A DNA stretch of 43,786 nucleotides, from positions 1-43,786 of the forward strand of contig JBKOVL010000147.1 of assembly GCA_046723895.1 (NCBI GenBank), written 5' to 3'. This document shows positions 16,752 to 24,313 of this stretch, one piece after another. Source of the stretch: Actinomycetota bacterium (GTDB lineage Bacteria; Actinomycetota; Thermoleophilia; Gaiellales; Gaiellaceae). Each line of letters opens with the position of its first letter. Positions within the stretch are counted from its first letter, which is position 1. Below the pieces are notes generated by a model, which searched no databases, had not been told where the DNA came from, and saw only the letters and a program-made list of their open reading frames with translations. The translations under genes and the position numbers were made by a program.

Positions 16752-17072
16752 CCCCGCGAGCGATTGAAACACGTTCGCGCAGGAAAGTCGAGTCTCGCCG
16801 CCGTGCACGGGAATCGACGTTATGTCAAGTCAGGACGTCCGAACGGGCAGCTCGCAAATTGCGCCCTTTTCGTTTCTCGGCCTCTTGTCGGACCACAGAA
16901 GACCGGCTAGGTTGCCCCTTGCGCCGAGCACGGAGCGCGAGTAGGTCGAAGTCGAGTCGGGCGGCGGTACGCGCAAGCGGAAGGTCAGTCGACTCGATGG
17001 ACGAAAGCGCCACCGGCTCGGCGAATTCTTGGTCCGAACCCACCCGGTCTCGCGCCGGATAGGATCGAGACG

Positions 17073-17279
17073 GTGAGCCTCCGTCCTCCCAGCGTCGACC
17101 ACGGCATCGTCTCGTTCATCTGGGCGTTCGTGCTCGGACTGCTCCTGTGGCTCTTCATGCTGGGGATCGGGATCTCGAAGGCGACGTCGTTCATCGTCGC
17201 CGCTCTCGTGGCGTTGGGGATCTTCCTCTACGTCCGGCTCTACGGCGAGGACGAGCCGCGCCGCCGCTCGTCGAGCTGA
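17073..17279 (+). CDS. Small membrane protein, 68 aa, two predicted TM helices
   Basis: GTG start. Hydrophobic segments IVSFIWAFVLGLLLWLFMLGIGI and FIVAALVALGIFLYV are followed by the charged tail GEDEPRRRSSS. Third-position GC is very high throughout. Confidence 0.55.
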   Translation: MSLRPPSVDHGIVSFIWAFVLGLLLWLFMLGIGISKATSFIVAALVALGIFLYVRLYGEDEPRRRSSS

Positions 17280-17303
17280 TCGCGTACGAGCGACGCGATC
17301 AGC
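17275..17303. terminator. 11-bp stem hairpin GCTGATCGCGT-ACGAGCG-ACGCGATCAGC between convergent genes
   Basis: Perfect inverted repeat that contains the TGA stop (17277-17279) of the small membrane protein gene. No U-tract. Confidence 0.4.
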
Positions 17304-17366
17304 GCTCCGCCGGGTCATCGCCGAGCTCGGCGCGGCAATCGCCCTCGATCCTGAGCCGAGGTGAGG

Positions 17367-17921
17367 CTAGACGGGCTGCCGCTCCCGCTCCCGGTCGGGC
17401 TGCCCGACCGGCGGCGGGTGAACGACCGCGGTCGGCGCGGGCGTGCGCGCCACCGGCGGCGCCTCTTCGACGCCCGCCGGCTCCGGCTCGGCTGCCACGC
17501 CCGGGCCTGTCGTGTCGAACGTGAACCCGAAGACGAGGCCCAGCCCGAACGCGATCACGGCGAGCGTCGCTCGCAGGTCGCCGACGAGGCCGCCGATGCC
17601 CGCATGGCCGGACCACGAGACGACCTGTTGCTGGAACCAGTTCGCATCCGGCTGCCCCGCGAGCAGCACCCAGCCCCCGGCGATCAGCGCCGGCAGGAAG
17701 CCGATCAGCAGGACGCCCACCGAGATCCGCGGCCGGCCCCCCTTTGTCCAGCCGCCGAGGAGCTGAGAGAGCGCCATCGTCAGTCCCGCGCCGGCAAGGA
17801 TGCCGTAGACGGCCCAGTAGCCTCCAGTCGTTCCTTTGCCGATCTGGGTCGAAAGCCAGATCAGCAGGCCGGCGATGCCCGCGCCGGCCAGCGTGAAGAT
17901 CCCACGCACGGTTCCGTTCAT
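17367..17921 (-). CDS. Integral membrane protein (about 4 TM) with a Pro/Ala-rich C-terminal tail, 184 aa
   Basis: Starts MNGTVRGIFTLAGAGIAGLLIWL... The ATG at 17921 is preceded by GGAGAAGGAAGG. The 342-aa ORF-track entry reads through upstream sequence. Confidence 0.6.
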   Translation of the reverse strand: MNGTVRGIFTLAGAGIAGLLIWLSTQIGKGTTGGYWAVYGILAGAGLTMALSQLLGGWTKGGRPRISVGVLLIGFLPALIAGGWVLLAGQPDANWFQQQVVSWSGHAGIGGLVGDLRATLAVIAFGLGLVFGFTFDTTGPGVAAEPEPAGVEEAPPVARTPAPTAVVHPPPVGQPDRERERQPV

Positions 17922-18007
17922 CTGCACCACCTTCCTTCTCCGTGCGGGATACCCGTTTCGCGTGAGCTTATGCCATCTTTGCGAGCAGCAATCCCGCGGA
18001 AGCTGGG

Positions 18008-18526
18008 TCAGTACTTGAGTAGCGAAAAGACGTCGTGGCCCTGAAGCCGCTCGCGCCCGTGCAGGAACTCGAGCTCGATGATGAACGGCAGCCCGACGAC
18101 CTCGCCGCCGAGCTGCTCGACGAGCTCGACCGTCGCCTTCGCGGTCCCCCCCGTCGCGAGCACATCGTCGTGGATCAGGACGCGCTGGCCCGCCACGATC
18201 GCGTCCGCGTGAACCTCGAGGGAGTCGAAGCCGTACTCGAGCGCGTACTTCGCCGCGACGGTCCGCCACGGCAGCTTGCCGGGTTTGCGCGCGGCGACAA
18301 ACCCGCAGCCGAGGCGGCACGCGAGCGCCCCGCCGGTGATGTAGCCGCGCGCCTCGGCCCCGAGCACGAGATCCGGCTGCTTCGGCCCCCCCCATGCCGC
18401 GATCTGGTCGACGGCCTCGCGCAGCGCCTCGCGGTCGGCGAGCAGCGGCATGATGTCCTTGAAGACGATCCCGGGTTTCGGGAAGTCGGGGACGTCTCGG
18501 ATCTTGGCGGCCAGGTCGACGGTCAA
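18008..18526 (-). CDS. apt: Adenine phosphoribosyltransferase
   Basis: IRDVPDFPKPGIVFKDIMPLL and the PRPP motif VLIHDDVLATGGTAKA. A TTG start at 18526 gives the N-terminus MTVDLAAKIRD. The start is uncertain by a few codons. Confidence 0.85.
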   Translation of the reverse strand: MTVDLAAKIRDVPDFPKPGIVFKDIMPLLADREALREAVDQIAAWGGPKQPDLVLGAEARGYITGGALACRLGCGFVAARKPGKLPWRTVAAKYALEYGFDSLEVHADAIVAGQRVLIHDDVLATGGTAKATVELVEQLGGEVVGLPFIIELEFLHGRERLQGHDVFSLLKY

Positions 18527-18539
18527 CTCGAGGCCACGC

Positions 18540-19199
18540 TCATGTCGCTGCAACCCTGTGCCGGAGCGCCCGCCAGAACAGGAGGTGGGAGAGCTCCTGA
18601 GCGAGCTCTGCGAGCCCGTGCAGATCCTCGAGCGCACCCTGGCGGGCCTCCGGGTTTCGCGAACGCAGCTTGGGGACGAGCGCCTCGAGGAGATCGGCCT
18701 GGTTGCCCGCGGCGGTGGCGAACTTGCGCAGATGGCGAACATCGAGCCCCGCGCCGATCAGGCTCGCGCAGACGGCCGCCGTGTCGGCGTCGCTCTCGGA
18801 GAAGGGCGCCTCGAGCAGGCCGTAGTCGACGAGCTCGCGGGCCTGGTGGGCCGGAATCCCGGCGCGGTCGCAGAGGTCGGTAAGGTCGATCGAGGGCTGC
18901 GTGGCGGACAGGCCCGAGCGCCGCCGCCGGCGCTCCTTCCCCGCCGGCGCGGCCAGCTCCTGACGGATCACCCGTAGGGGCAGGAACTCGTCCCGCTGGA
19001 GCCGGAGGATCGTCTCCAGCCGCTCGACGTCGTCCTCCGCGAAGAGGCGGTACCCACCGCGCGTGCGCTTTGGCGAGAGCAGGCCCTGGTCCTCGAGGTA
19101 CCGGATCTTCGAGATCGAGACGTCCGGGAACTCGCTCTGGAGACGGCGGCAGACTGCGCCGATCGTGTGCAACCGGGGTGCCTGCGCGGTCGTCGTCAT
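18540..19199 (-). CDS. MerR-family transcriptional regulator of the type found next to GarA/OdhI (FtsR-like)
   Basis: The N-terminal MerR HTH reads HTIGAVCRRLQSEFPDVSISKIRYLEDQGLLSPKRTRGGYRLFAEDDVERLETILRLQRDEFLPLRVIRQEL. ATG overlaps the stop of the upstream FHA gene (ATGA). Confidence 0.8.
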   Translation of the reverse strand: MTTTAQAPRLHTIGAVCRRLQSEFPDVSISKIRYLEDQGLLSPKRTRGGYRLFAEDDVERLETILRLQRDEFLPLRVIRQELAAPAGKERRRRRSGLSATQPSIDLTDLCDRAGIPAHQARELVDYGLLEAPFSESDADTAAVCASLIGAGLDVRHLRKFATAAGNQADLLEALVPKLRSRNPEARQGALEDLHGLAELAQELSHLLFWRALRHRVAAT

Positions 19200-19660
19200 C
19201 GGGCCAGGTAGATGAGGCGGTACTTGCCGATCTGGACCTCGTCGCCGTTCTCGAGATCCGCCTTTTCGATTCGGTGGCGGTTCAGGAACGTCCCGTTCAG
19301 GCTGCCGAGGTCCTCCAGCGTGAAGCCGCCCGCGCCGCGCGCGACGATCGCGTGACGGCGCGAGACGGTCACGTCGTCCAGGAAGATGTCGCAGTCCGGC
19401 GTCCGCCCGATCGTCGTCTGGGTGCGCTCGAGCCGGAACTGCTCGCCGGCGCGCCCGCCGCCGGAGCGCACGACGAGCGCCGGCCCCTCGATCCCGAGCT
19501 CCTCGATCGCGTCATGCCCCTCCTCCTCCAGCTCGTCGAGGGAGATCGTCTCCGTGGGGTTGTCGACCTCCTCCGTGACGAGCAGCGCGCCGCAGCGAGA
19601 GCAGTAGTTCGCGGATTCGAGGTTCTGGAACCCGCACTCGGGACAGTAGACGTGGCTCAT
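19196..19660 (-). CDS. FHA-domain protein (GarA/OdhI-like) with an N-terminal zinc ribbon
   Basis: CPECGFQNLESANYCSRCG (Cys4 ribbon), an acidic linker containing TETIS, and an FHA core (TIGRTPDCDIFLDDVTVSRRHA...LGSLNGTFLNRHRI...GDEVQIGKYRL). Confidence 0.85.
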   Translation of the reverse strand: MSHVYCPECGFQNLESANYCSRCGALLVTEEVDNPTETISLDELEEEGHDAIEELGIEGPALVVRSGGGRAGEQFRLERTQTTIGRTPDCDIFLDDVTVSRRHAIVARGAGGFTLEDLGSLNGTFLNRHRIEKADLENGDEVQIGKYRLIYLAR

Positions 19661-19747
19661 GGGCTGCTCTCTAGCCCATCAGTGTGGAGGGGGCCCCATC
19701 GTTCCCCGCCGGGCGTTGCCGGCTGTGCCGGCGACGCTTCCAGCGCG

Positions 19748-19769
19748 GGGGGAACGGGGCGGTTCCCCC
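19748..19769 (-). promoter_or_regulatory. Hairpin GGGGGAAC-6 nt-GTTCCCCC in the FHA-gene leader
   Basis: 8-bp perfect stem. It shares the GGGGGAA(A)C core with the hairpin at 19800-19824. Confidence 0.35.
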
Positions 19770-19799
19770 ATGAGCATCGCCTCGAAAAGAAGGGGATCC

Positions 19800-19824
19800 G
19801 TGGGGGAAACGTGGTTTCCCCCAC
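19800..19824 (-). terminator. 11-bp stem hairpin GTGGGGGAAAC-3 nt-GTTTCCCCCAC, possible terminator or attenuator downstream of the small coiled-coil gene
   Basis: On the minus-strand RNA the stem is followed by GGAUCCCCUUCUUUUCGAG, so a U-rich tract begins 8-9 nt after the stem. Confidence 0.4.
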
Positions 19825-19852
19825 GAGAGCGAGCTGAAAGCGAGCGACCAAA

Positions 19853-20098
19853 TTACTCCTGGTCGGGTGGAGCGGCCTTTCCGGCGAGGATCTCGGTGAG
19901 GCGGGCGATGTCGACCTGGCCGAGCTCGCCCTCCCCCTTCTTCTGCAGGCGCGCGACGAGCTCGGCGCGCAGGATGTCGAGCTTGCCGTGCAGCAGCCGG
20001 CGGCGATAGGAGATCTCGTTCTCCTCGGCTTCGAGCTCGCGGATCAGGCTCCTCAGGTCGGCGTCGGAGAGGGTTGCGAGGTCCGGAAGCGCTTCCAT
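19853..20098 (-). CDS. Small coiled-coil protein (81 aa) with one RsiG-like c-di-GMP-binding motif; candidate RsiG-family anti-sigma factor
   Basis: The sequence is MEALPDLATLSDADLRSLIRELEAEENEISYRRRLLHGKLDILRAELVARL... It contains E-x3-S-x2-R-x3-H-x3-D, compared with the RsiG motif E-x3-S-x2-R-x3-Q-x3-D. The ATG at 20098 is preceded by GAGAAAGGGA. The ORF-track start at 20155 is less likely. Confidence 0.5.
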   Translation of the reverse strand: MEALPDLATLSDADLRSLIRELEAEENEISYRRRLLHGKLDILRAELVARLQKKGEGELGQVDIARLTEILAGKAAPPDQE

Positions 20099-20164
20099 CG
20101 AATCCCTTTCTCTTTGCTGGGGCCGCCCGACGCATTGAAGCAGGCGCCGCGACAAGGTTCAACC

Positions 20165-22687
20165 TCAGCTTGAGATTTGCGCCTCGACCCCCGATTCCTG
20201 CCCCTGGAGCACGTCCTCGACGAGCCCGTGCAACTCTGCCTCGAGCGCGGCGGAGAGCTCCTCTGTCTCGCCCTCGGCGTAGATGTGGATCAGCGGCTCG
20301 TCGGGGTCGGGCAGGACCTCCGCCCAGCCCCGCTCGTCGATCACCTTGATCCCGTCGGTGAGGTCGAGCTCCCGCCCCTTTAGCCGCTCGGTCAGCACAC
20401 GCATCACGAGCCCCTTCATCGCCCACGGGCAGGCGAGCTGGCGGTGCAGGACGGTGGACCGCGGCAGGTCGGCGGCGAGCTCCGAGAGCGGGCGGTCGAC
20501 CGAGGCGAGCAGCTCGAGGAGCTTGCAGAGGCTCGTGACCGCGTCGTAGGCCGGGAGGAACCGGGGGAAGACGTAGACGCCGCCGATCGCGCCGGCGAAG
20601 GCGACGCCGTCCTGCGAGGCTGCACGCGTCAGCTCGGCCGGCGCGGCCGGCGTACGGAGGACGTCGAGCCCGGCTTCGGCTGCGAGCTCCTCGACGCGAC
20701 TCGTGACGGTAATCGGGACGGCGACCGTGCCGCCGTCGCCTCTCTCACCGATCAGGCGCAGGAAGAGGAGCAGCGTCTTCTCGACCGGCAGCTCGTGTCC
20801 CTGCTCGTCGACGAGGAACAGCCGCTCGCCCGCCCGGTCGAAAACGGCCCCGAGGTCGGCGCCGATCGCGGAGACGAGCCGCTTCGTGTGCCCGATCGAC
20901 TCGCGCAGCGATGCCGCGGTCGCGGCCGCGTCGGTCGTGAAGCCGTGTGCGGTCACCGCCTCGACCCCGAGCGGGCCGAGCAGGAGCGGCAGCACGAACG
21001 AGCTCGCCGAGTACCCGTAGTCGACGACGAGTCGGAATCCGCGTGCACGAATCGCCTCCACGTCGAGCTCCGAGAGGAGGTCCTGGGCGTAGCTCTCGCG
21101 CACGCGCGCGGGGTAGGTGACGCCGCCGATGTCGCCGAACGGAACCCGCCGGAGCTCGCGCCGGTTGAAGTGCTTCTCGACCTCTTTCTCGAGAGAAGAG
21201 GTCATCTGGATCCCGGGCTGCTCGAAGAAGCGGATCTGGATCGTTTCCGGGTCGCTCTGGCTGACCCCGACGTGGAAGCCGCCGTCGTATCCGTGTGTCT
21301 TCATCAGGTGGCGGCTGACCGCGGAGGGCAGCACGCGCAGATCGGCAACGTCGACGCCGGCGGAGTTCAGGCCGGTGATCATCGCGCGCTTGATCGTGCG
21401 GCAGGCACGCGGAGACTCCCGGCTCGCGACGACGCGCGCCCCACGCTTCATCGCCGTGCCGAGTGCGGCGGCGAGGCGCACGGCGACCTCCGGCGTCAGG
21501 TCGACGTTGATCAGGCCTGAGACGCCGTCCTTGCCGAAGAGCGCGGAGGTCGCGCGCGACTCCCAGATCAGGCTCTCGTGGATGTGCGCCCCGGACTCGA
21601 CCTCCTTGTACGGGTAGATCCGCACGCCCGGGAGCACCATGCTCTGGGCGCCGAGGACGACCTCGTCGCCGATCGCCGCGCCCTCCTGGATGCGGACGTG
21701 CGACCGGACGTCGCAGCCGCGCCCGAGGATCGCGCCCTCGACGAGTGCGCTCCTGCCGATGTGCGTGTTCGCGTCGACCACGGACCGGACCGTGCGGGCA
21801 CGTTCGCGCAGCGTCACGCTCGCTCCCAGGACGGAGTACGGGCCGATCGAGGCCTGCGGCGAGATGCGGCAGTAGTTGCCGATGAACGCCGGCCCCTCGA
21901 CGTCCTCGAGGTCGTCGATCTCGACCCCCTCGCCGATCCAGATGTTCCCGCGCAGCCGGATGCCGGGGATCTCGGCGTCGACAGCGCCGTCGAGCGCATC
22001 GAAGTTCGCCTGCTTGAACTGGTCGAGGTTGCCGATGTCCTGCCAGTAGCCGTCGCACACCTTCCCGTACAGCGGCCGCCCCATCTCGAGCAGGAGCGGG
22101 AAGAGCTCCTTGGAGAAGTCGTATGGCCGGTCCTGCGGCACGTGCTTCAGCACCTCCGGCTCGAGCACGTAGATCCCGGTGTTGATGGTGTCCGAGAAGA
22201 CCTGGCCCCATGAGGGCTTCTCCAGGAAGCGCTCGATCCGGCCGTCCTCGTCGGTGACGACGATCCCGAACTCCAGCGGGTTCTCGACCGCCTTCAACCC
22301 GATCGTCACGGCAGCGCCCCGGTCACGGTGGAACTGGACGAGCGCCCCGAGGTCGAGGTCGCAGAGCGCGTCGCCGGAGATCACGAGCACGGTGTCGTCG
22401 AGCTTCCCCGAGGCGAGCCGGACCGAGCCCGCGGTCCCGAGCGGCGACTCCTCGACCGAGTACTCGATGTTCAGGCCGAGGGACTCACCGTCGGCGAAGT
22501 AGCTGCGGATCGCCTGCGGCAGGAAGGCGAGGGTGACGATCACGTCCTTGAACCCGTGACGGTTGAGTAGCTCGAGGATGTGCTCCATGCACGGCTTGCC
22601 GACGATCGGCACCATCGGCTTCGGCTGGTTCGAGGTCAGCGGCCGTAGCCGCGTCCCCTCCCCACCCGCCATGACGACGGCCCTCAA
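20165..22687 (-). CDS. Mannose-1-phosphate guanylyltransferase-type nucleotidyltransferase (NTP_transferase + LbH) fused to a PGM/PMM-like C-terminal region, 840 aa
   Basis: [33 protein letters not shown], hexapeptide repeats, then [11 protein letters not shown]... with the PGM/PMM four-domain layout. A TTG start at 22687 overlaps the pgsA stop (TTGA) and has GGAGGTG 8 nt upstream. Confidence 0.85.
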   Translation of the reverse strand: MRAVVMAGGEGTRLRPLTSNQPKPMVPIVGKPCMEHILELLNRHGFKDVIVTLAFLPQAIRSYFADGESLGLNIEYSVEESPLGTAGSVRLASGKLDDTVLVISGDALCDLDLGALVQFHRDRGAAVTIGLKAVENPLEFGIVVTDEDGRIERFLEKPSWGQVFSDTINTGIYVLEPEVLKHVPQDRPYDFSKELFPLLLEMGRPLYGKVCDGYWQDIGNLDQFKQANFDALDGAVDAEIPGIRLRGNIWIGEGVEIDDLEDVEGPAFIGNYCRISPQASIGPYSVLGASVTLRERARTVRSVVDANTHIGRSALVEGAILGRGCDVRSHVRIQEGAAIGDEVVLGAQSMVLPGVRIYPYKEVESGAHIHESLIWESRATSALFGKDGVSGLINVDLTPEVAVRLAAALGTAMKRGARVVASRESPRACRTIKRAMITGLNSAGVDVADLRVLPSAVSRHLMKTHGYDGGFHVGVSQSDPETIQIRFFEQPGIQMTSSLEKEVEKHFNRRELRRVPFGDIGGVTYPARVRESYAQDLLSELDVEAIRARGFRLVVDYGYSASSFVLPLLLGPLGVEAVTAHGFTTDAAATAASLRESIGHTKRLVSAIGADLGAVFDRAGERLFLVDEQGHELPVEKTLLLFLRLIGERGDGGTVAVPITVTSRVEELAAEAGLDVLRTPAAPAELTRAASQDGVAFAGAIGGVYVFPRFLPAYDAVTSLCKLLELLASVDRPLSELAADLPRSTVLHRQLACPWAMKGLVMRVLTERLKGRELDLTDGIKVIDERGWAEVLPDPDEPLIHIYAEGETEELSAALEAELHGLVEDVLQGQESGVEAQISS

Positions 22688-23271
22688 GTCTCGGTCACCT
22701 CCACGCGCCGCCCGCCGCGAATCGCGCGCCACGCAGACGCGCCGTAGAGGACGCCGGCGGCGACTGCCATTCCGAGGCCGGCCCAGAAGATCCAGAGCGG
22801 CCAGTCTGTTCCCGCCGGCGTCACGATCACGAAGGCGACGCCTGCGTACAGGACCCAGGTCGCGGCTTTGCCGAGGAAGCTGACGGAGAACTCGTAGCCG
22901 CGCGGGAGCACGAACCTCGTTCCGGCCACCAGCAGGAGGTCGCGGGCGACGATGACGACGAGCGCCGCCCAGGGCAAGCGGTCGGCGATGAAGAGCATGA
23001 TCACGGCCGCGTCGATCATCAGGCGGTCGGCGAGCGGGTCGGCGTATTTCCCGAACTCCGACTCCACGTGCCAGCGCCTGGCGAGCCAGCCGTCGACCTG
23101 GTCGGTGATCGCAGCGACGGCGAAGACGATCCCGGCGGCCCAGCTGTGCCCCCCGTCGGCCTTCGCCATCAACACGACAAAGACCGGGACGAGCGCGAAA
23201 CGCGCGATCGTCAGCGCGTTCGGCAGCTTCGCGAGCACGGAAAGCGGTGCGGTTGTGGCCGCCATCGTCAC
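22684..23271 (-). CDS. pgsA: CDP-alcohol phosphatidyltransferase (PgsA-type CDP-diacylglycerol--glycerol-3-phosphate 3-phosphatidyltransferase)
   Basis: The D-x2-DG-x2-AR-x8-G-x3-D-x3-D motif is present as [26 protein letters not shown]. The protein is multi-TM. The start is GTG 23271 or ATG 23265. Confidence 0.85.
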   Translation of the reverse strand: MTMAATTAPLSVLAKLPNALTIARFALVPVFVVLMAKADGGHSWAAGIVFAVAAITDQVDGWLARRWHVESEFGKYADPLADRLMIDAAVIMLFIADRLPWAALVVIVARDLLLVAGTRFVLPRGYEFSVSFLGKAATWVLYAGVAFVIVTPAGTDWPLWIFWAGLGMAVAAGVLYGASAWRAIRGGRRVEVTET

Positions 23272-23273
23272 CC

Positions 23274-23280
23274 TAGGATA
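23274..23280. promoter_or_regulatory. Overlapping back-to-back -10-like hexamers (TAGGAT on +, TATCCT on -) in a 17-nt divergent gap
   Basis: Each hexamer lies 9 nt from a start codon: the amidohydrolase GTG at 23289 and the pgsA ATG at 23265. This would fit two divergent leaderless mRNAs. Confidence 0.3.
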
Positions 23281-23288
23281 GTCCCCTC

Positions 23289-24308
23289 GTGGCCGCTGCC
23301 GAAAAACCCCGCTTGGCCCTTCCGGGCTTCGTCGACGCCCATTCGCACACGTTCCAGCGGCGCCTGCGCGGGCGCGTGGAAGGTCACGACTTCTGGGCGT
23401 GGCGGGAGGTCATGCTCGCCGAGGCCGAGCGTCAGACGCCTGAGACCGTCCGCGCCGAGTACGCCGAGACCTACCGCGAGCTGCTCGCGGCCGGGTACAC
23501 GGCCGTCGGCGAGTTCCATTACCTCGGCTTCGACGAGGCGCTCGCGGCCGTCGACGCGGCCCGCGAGACGGGGATCGAGCTCACGCTCCTCCTCTCCGCC
23601 TACGCCCGGGGCGGTCTCCCCCGCTTCCGCCAGGACTCGCCACGGGCCTACCTCGACCAGGTCGAGTCGCTGCGTCGGCACGGCGTCCGCGTCGGCCTGG
23701 CCCCCCACTCCGTCCGCGCCTGCCCGGCCGACTGGCTGGAGGAGATCGGCCGGTACGCCGCAGCGGAGGGGCTCCCGCTCCACGTACACGCCGACGAGCA
23801 GCCGCGGGAGATCGACGAGTGTCTTGCCGAGCACGGCGTCCGTCCGATCGAGCTCCTCGCCCGCACCGGCTGTCTCGCGCCGCACACGACGGTCGTCCAC
23901 GCGACACACGCGGACGACTCGGAGCTCGATCTGCTCGCCGATGCGCGAGCGCGCGTCTGCGTCTGCCCCACGACCGAGGCGAACCTCGGCGACGGCTTCG
24001 TCCCTGTCGCCGCCCTGTGCGACCGCCGCATCCGGATCTGCATCGGCTCCGACTCGAACGTCCGCATCGACCCTCTCGAGGAGCTGCGCGAGCTCGAGGG
24101 CACCGCGCGCCGAGCAGCCGGCAGACGCAGCGTCATCGCTGTGGGCTCGCTGCTCAGCTTCGGCTCCGACGAGGGGGCCGCCTCGCTCGGTCTCGAGTCC
24201 TGGCCGGACGCGAGCGTTGATCTCGACCACCCGTCGCTGCGCGGCGTCGACGAGGGAGACGTCCTGAACGCCCTCGTCTTCGGCTGCGCCGCGGACGTTT
24301 TGGTCTAG
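23289..24308 (+). CDS. Metal-dependent amidohydrolase, formimidoylglutamate-deiminase / guanine-deaminase-like
   Basis: PGFVDAHSHTFQR (HxH), GLAPHS, LHVHADE, VHATH and IGSDSN. The HxH motif sits at residue 18, so the N-terminus is short compared with typical family members. Confidence 0.7.
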   Translation: MAAAEKPRLALPGFVDAHSHTFQRRLRGRVEGHDFWAWREVMLAEAERQTPETVRAEYAETYRELLAAGYTAVGEFHYLGFDEALAAVDAARETGIELTLLLSAYARGGLPRFRQDSPRAYLDQVESLRRHGVRVGLAPHSVRACPADWLEEIGRYAAAEGLPLHVHADEQPREIDECLAEHGVRPIELLARTGCLAPHTTVVHATHADDSELDLLADARARVCVCPTTEANLGDGFVPVAALCDRRIRICIGSDSNVRIDPLEELRELEGTARRAAGRRSVIAVGSLLSFGSDEGAASLGLESWPDASVDLDHPSLRGVDEGDVLNALVFGCAADVLV

Positions 24309-24313
24309 CCCGC

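Noticed and set aside
16823-16828. TTGACA (minus strand) upstream of rpoD, considered as a -35 box.
   Set aside because: At 16-18 nt spacing the downstream hexamer is CACGGC-like, with no TAnnnT, so it is not a supportable promoter call.
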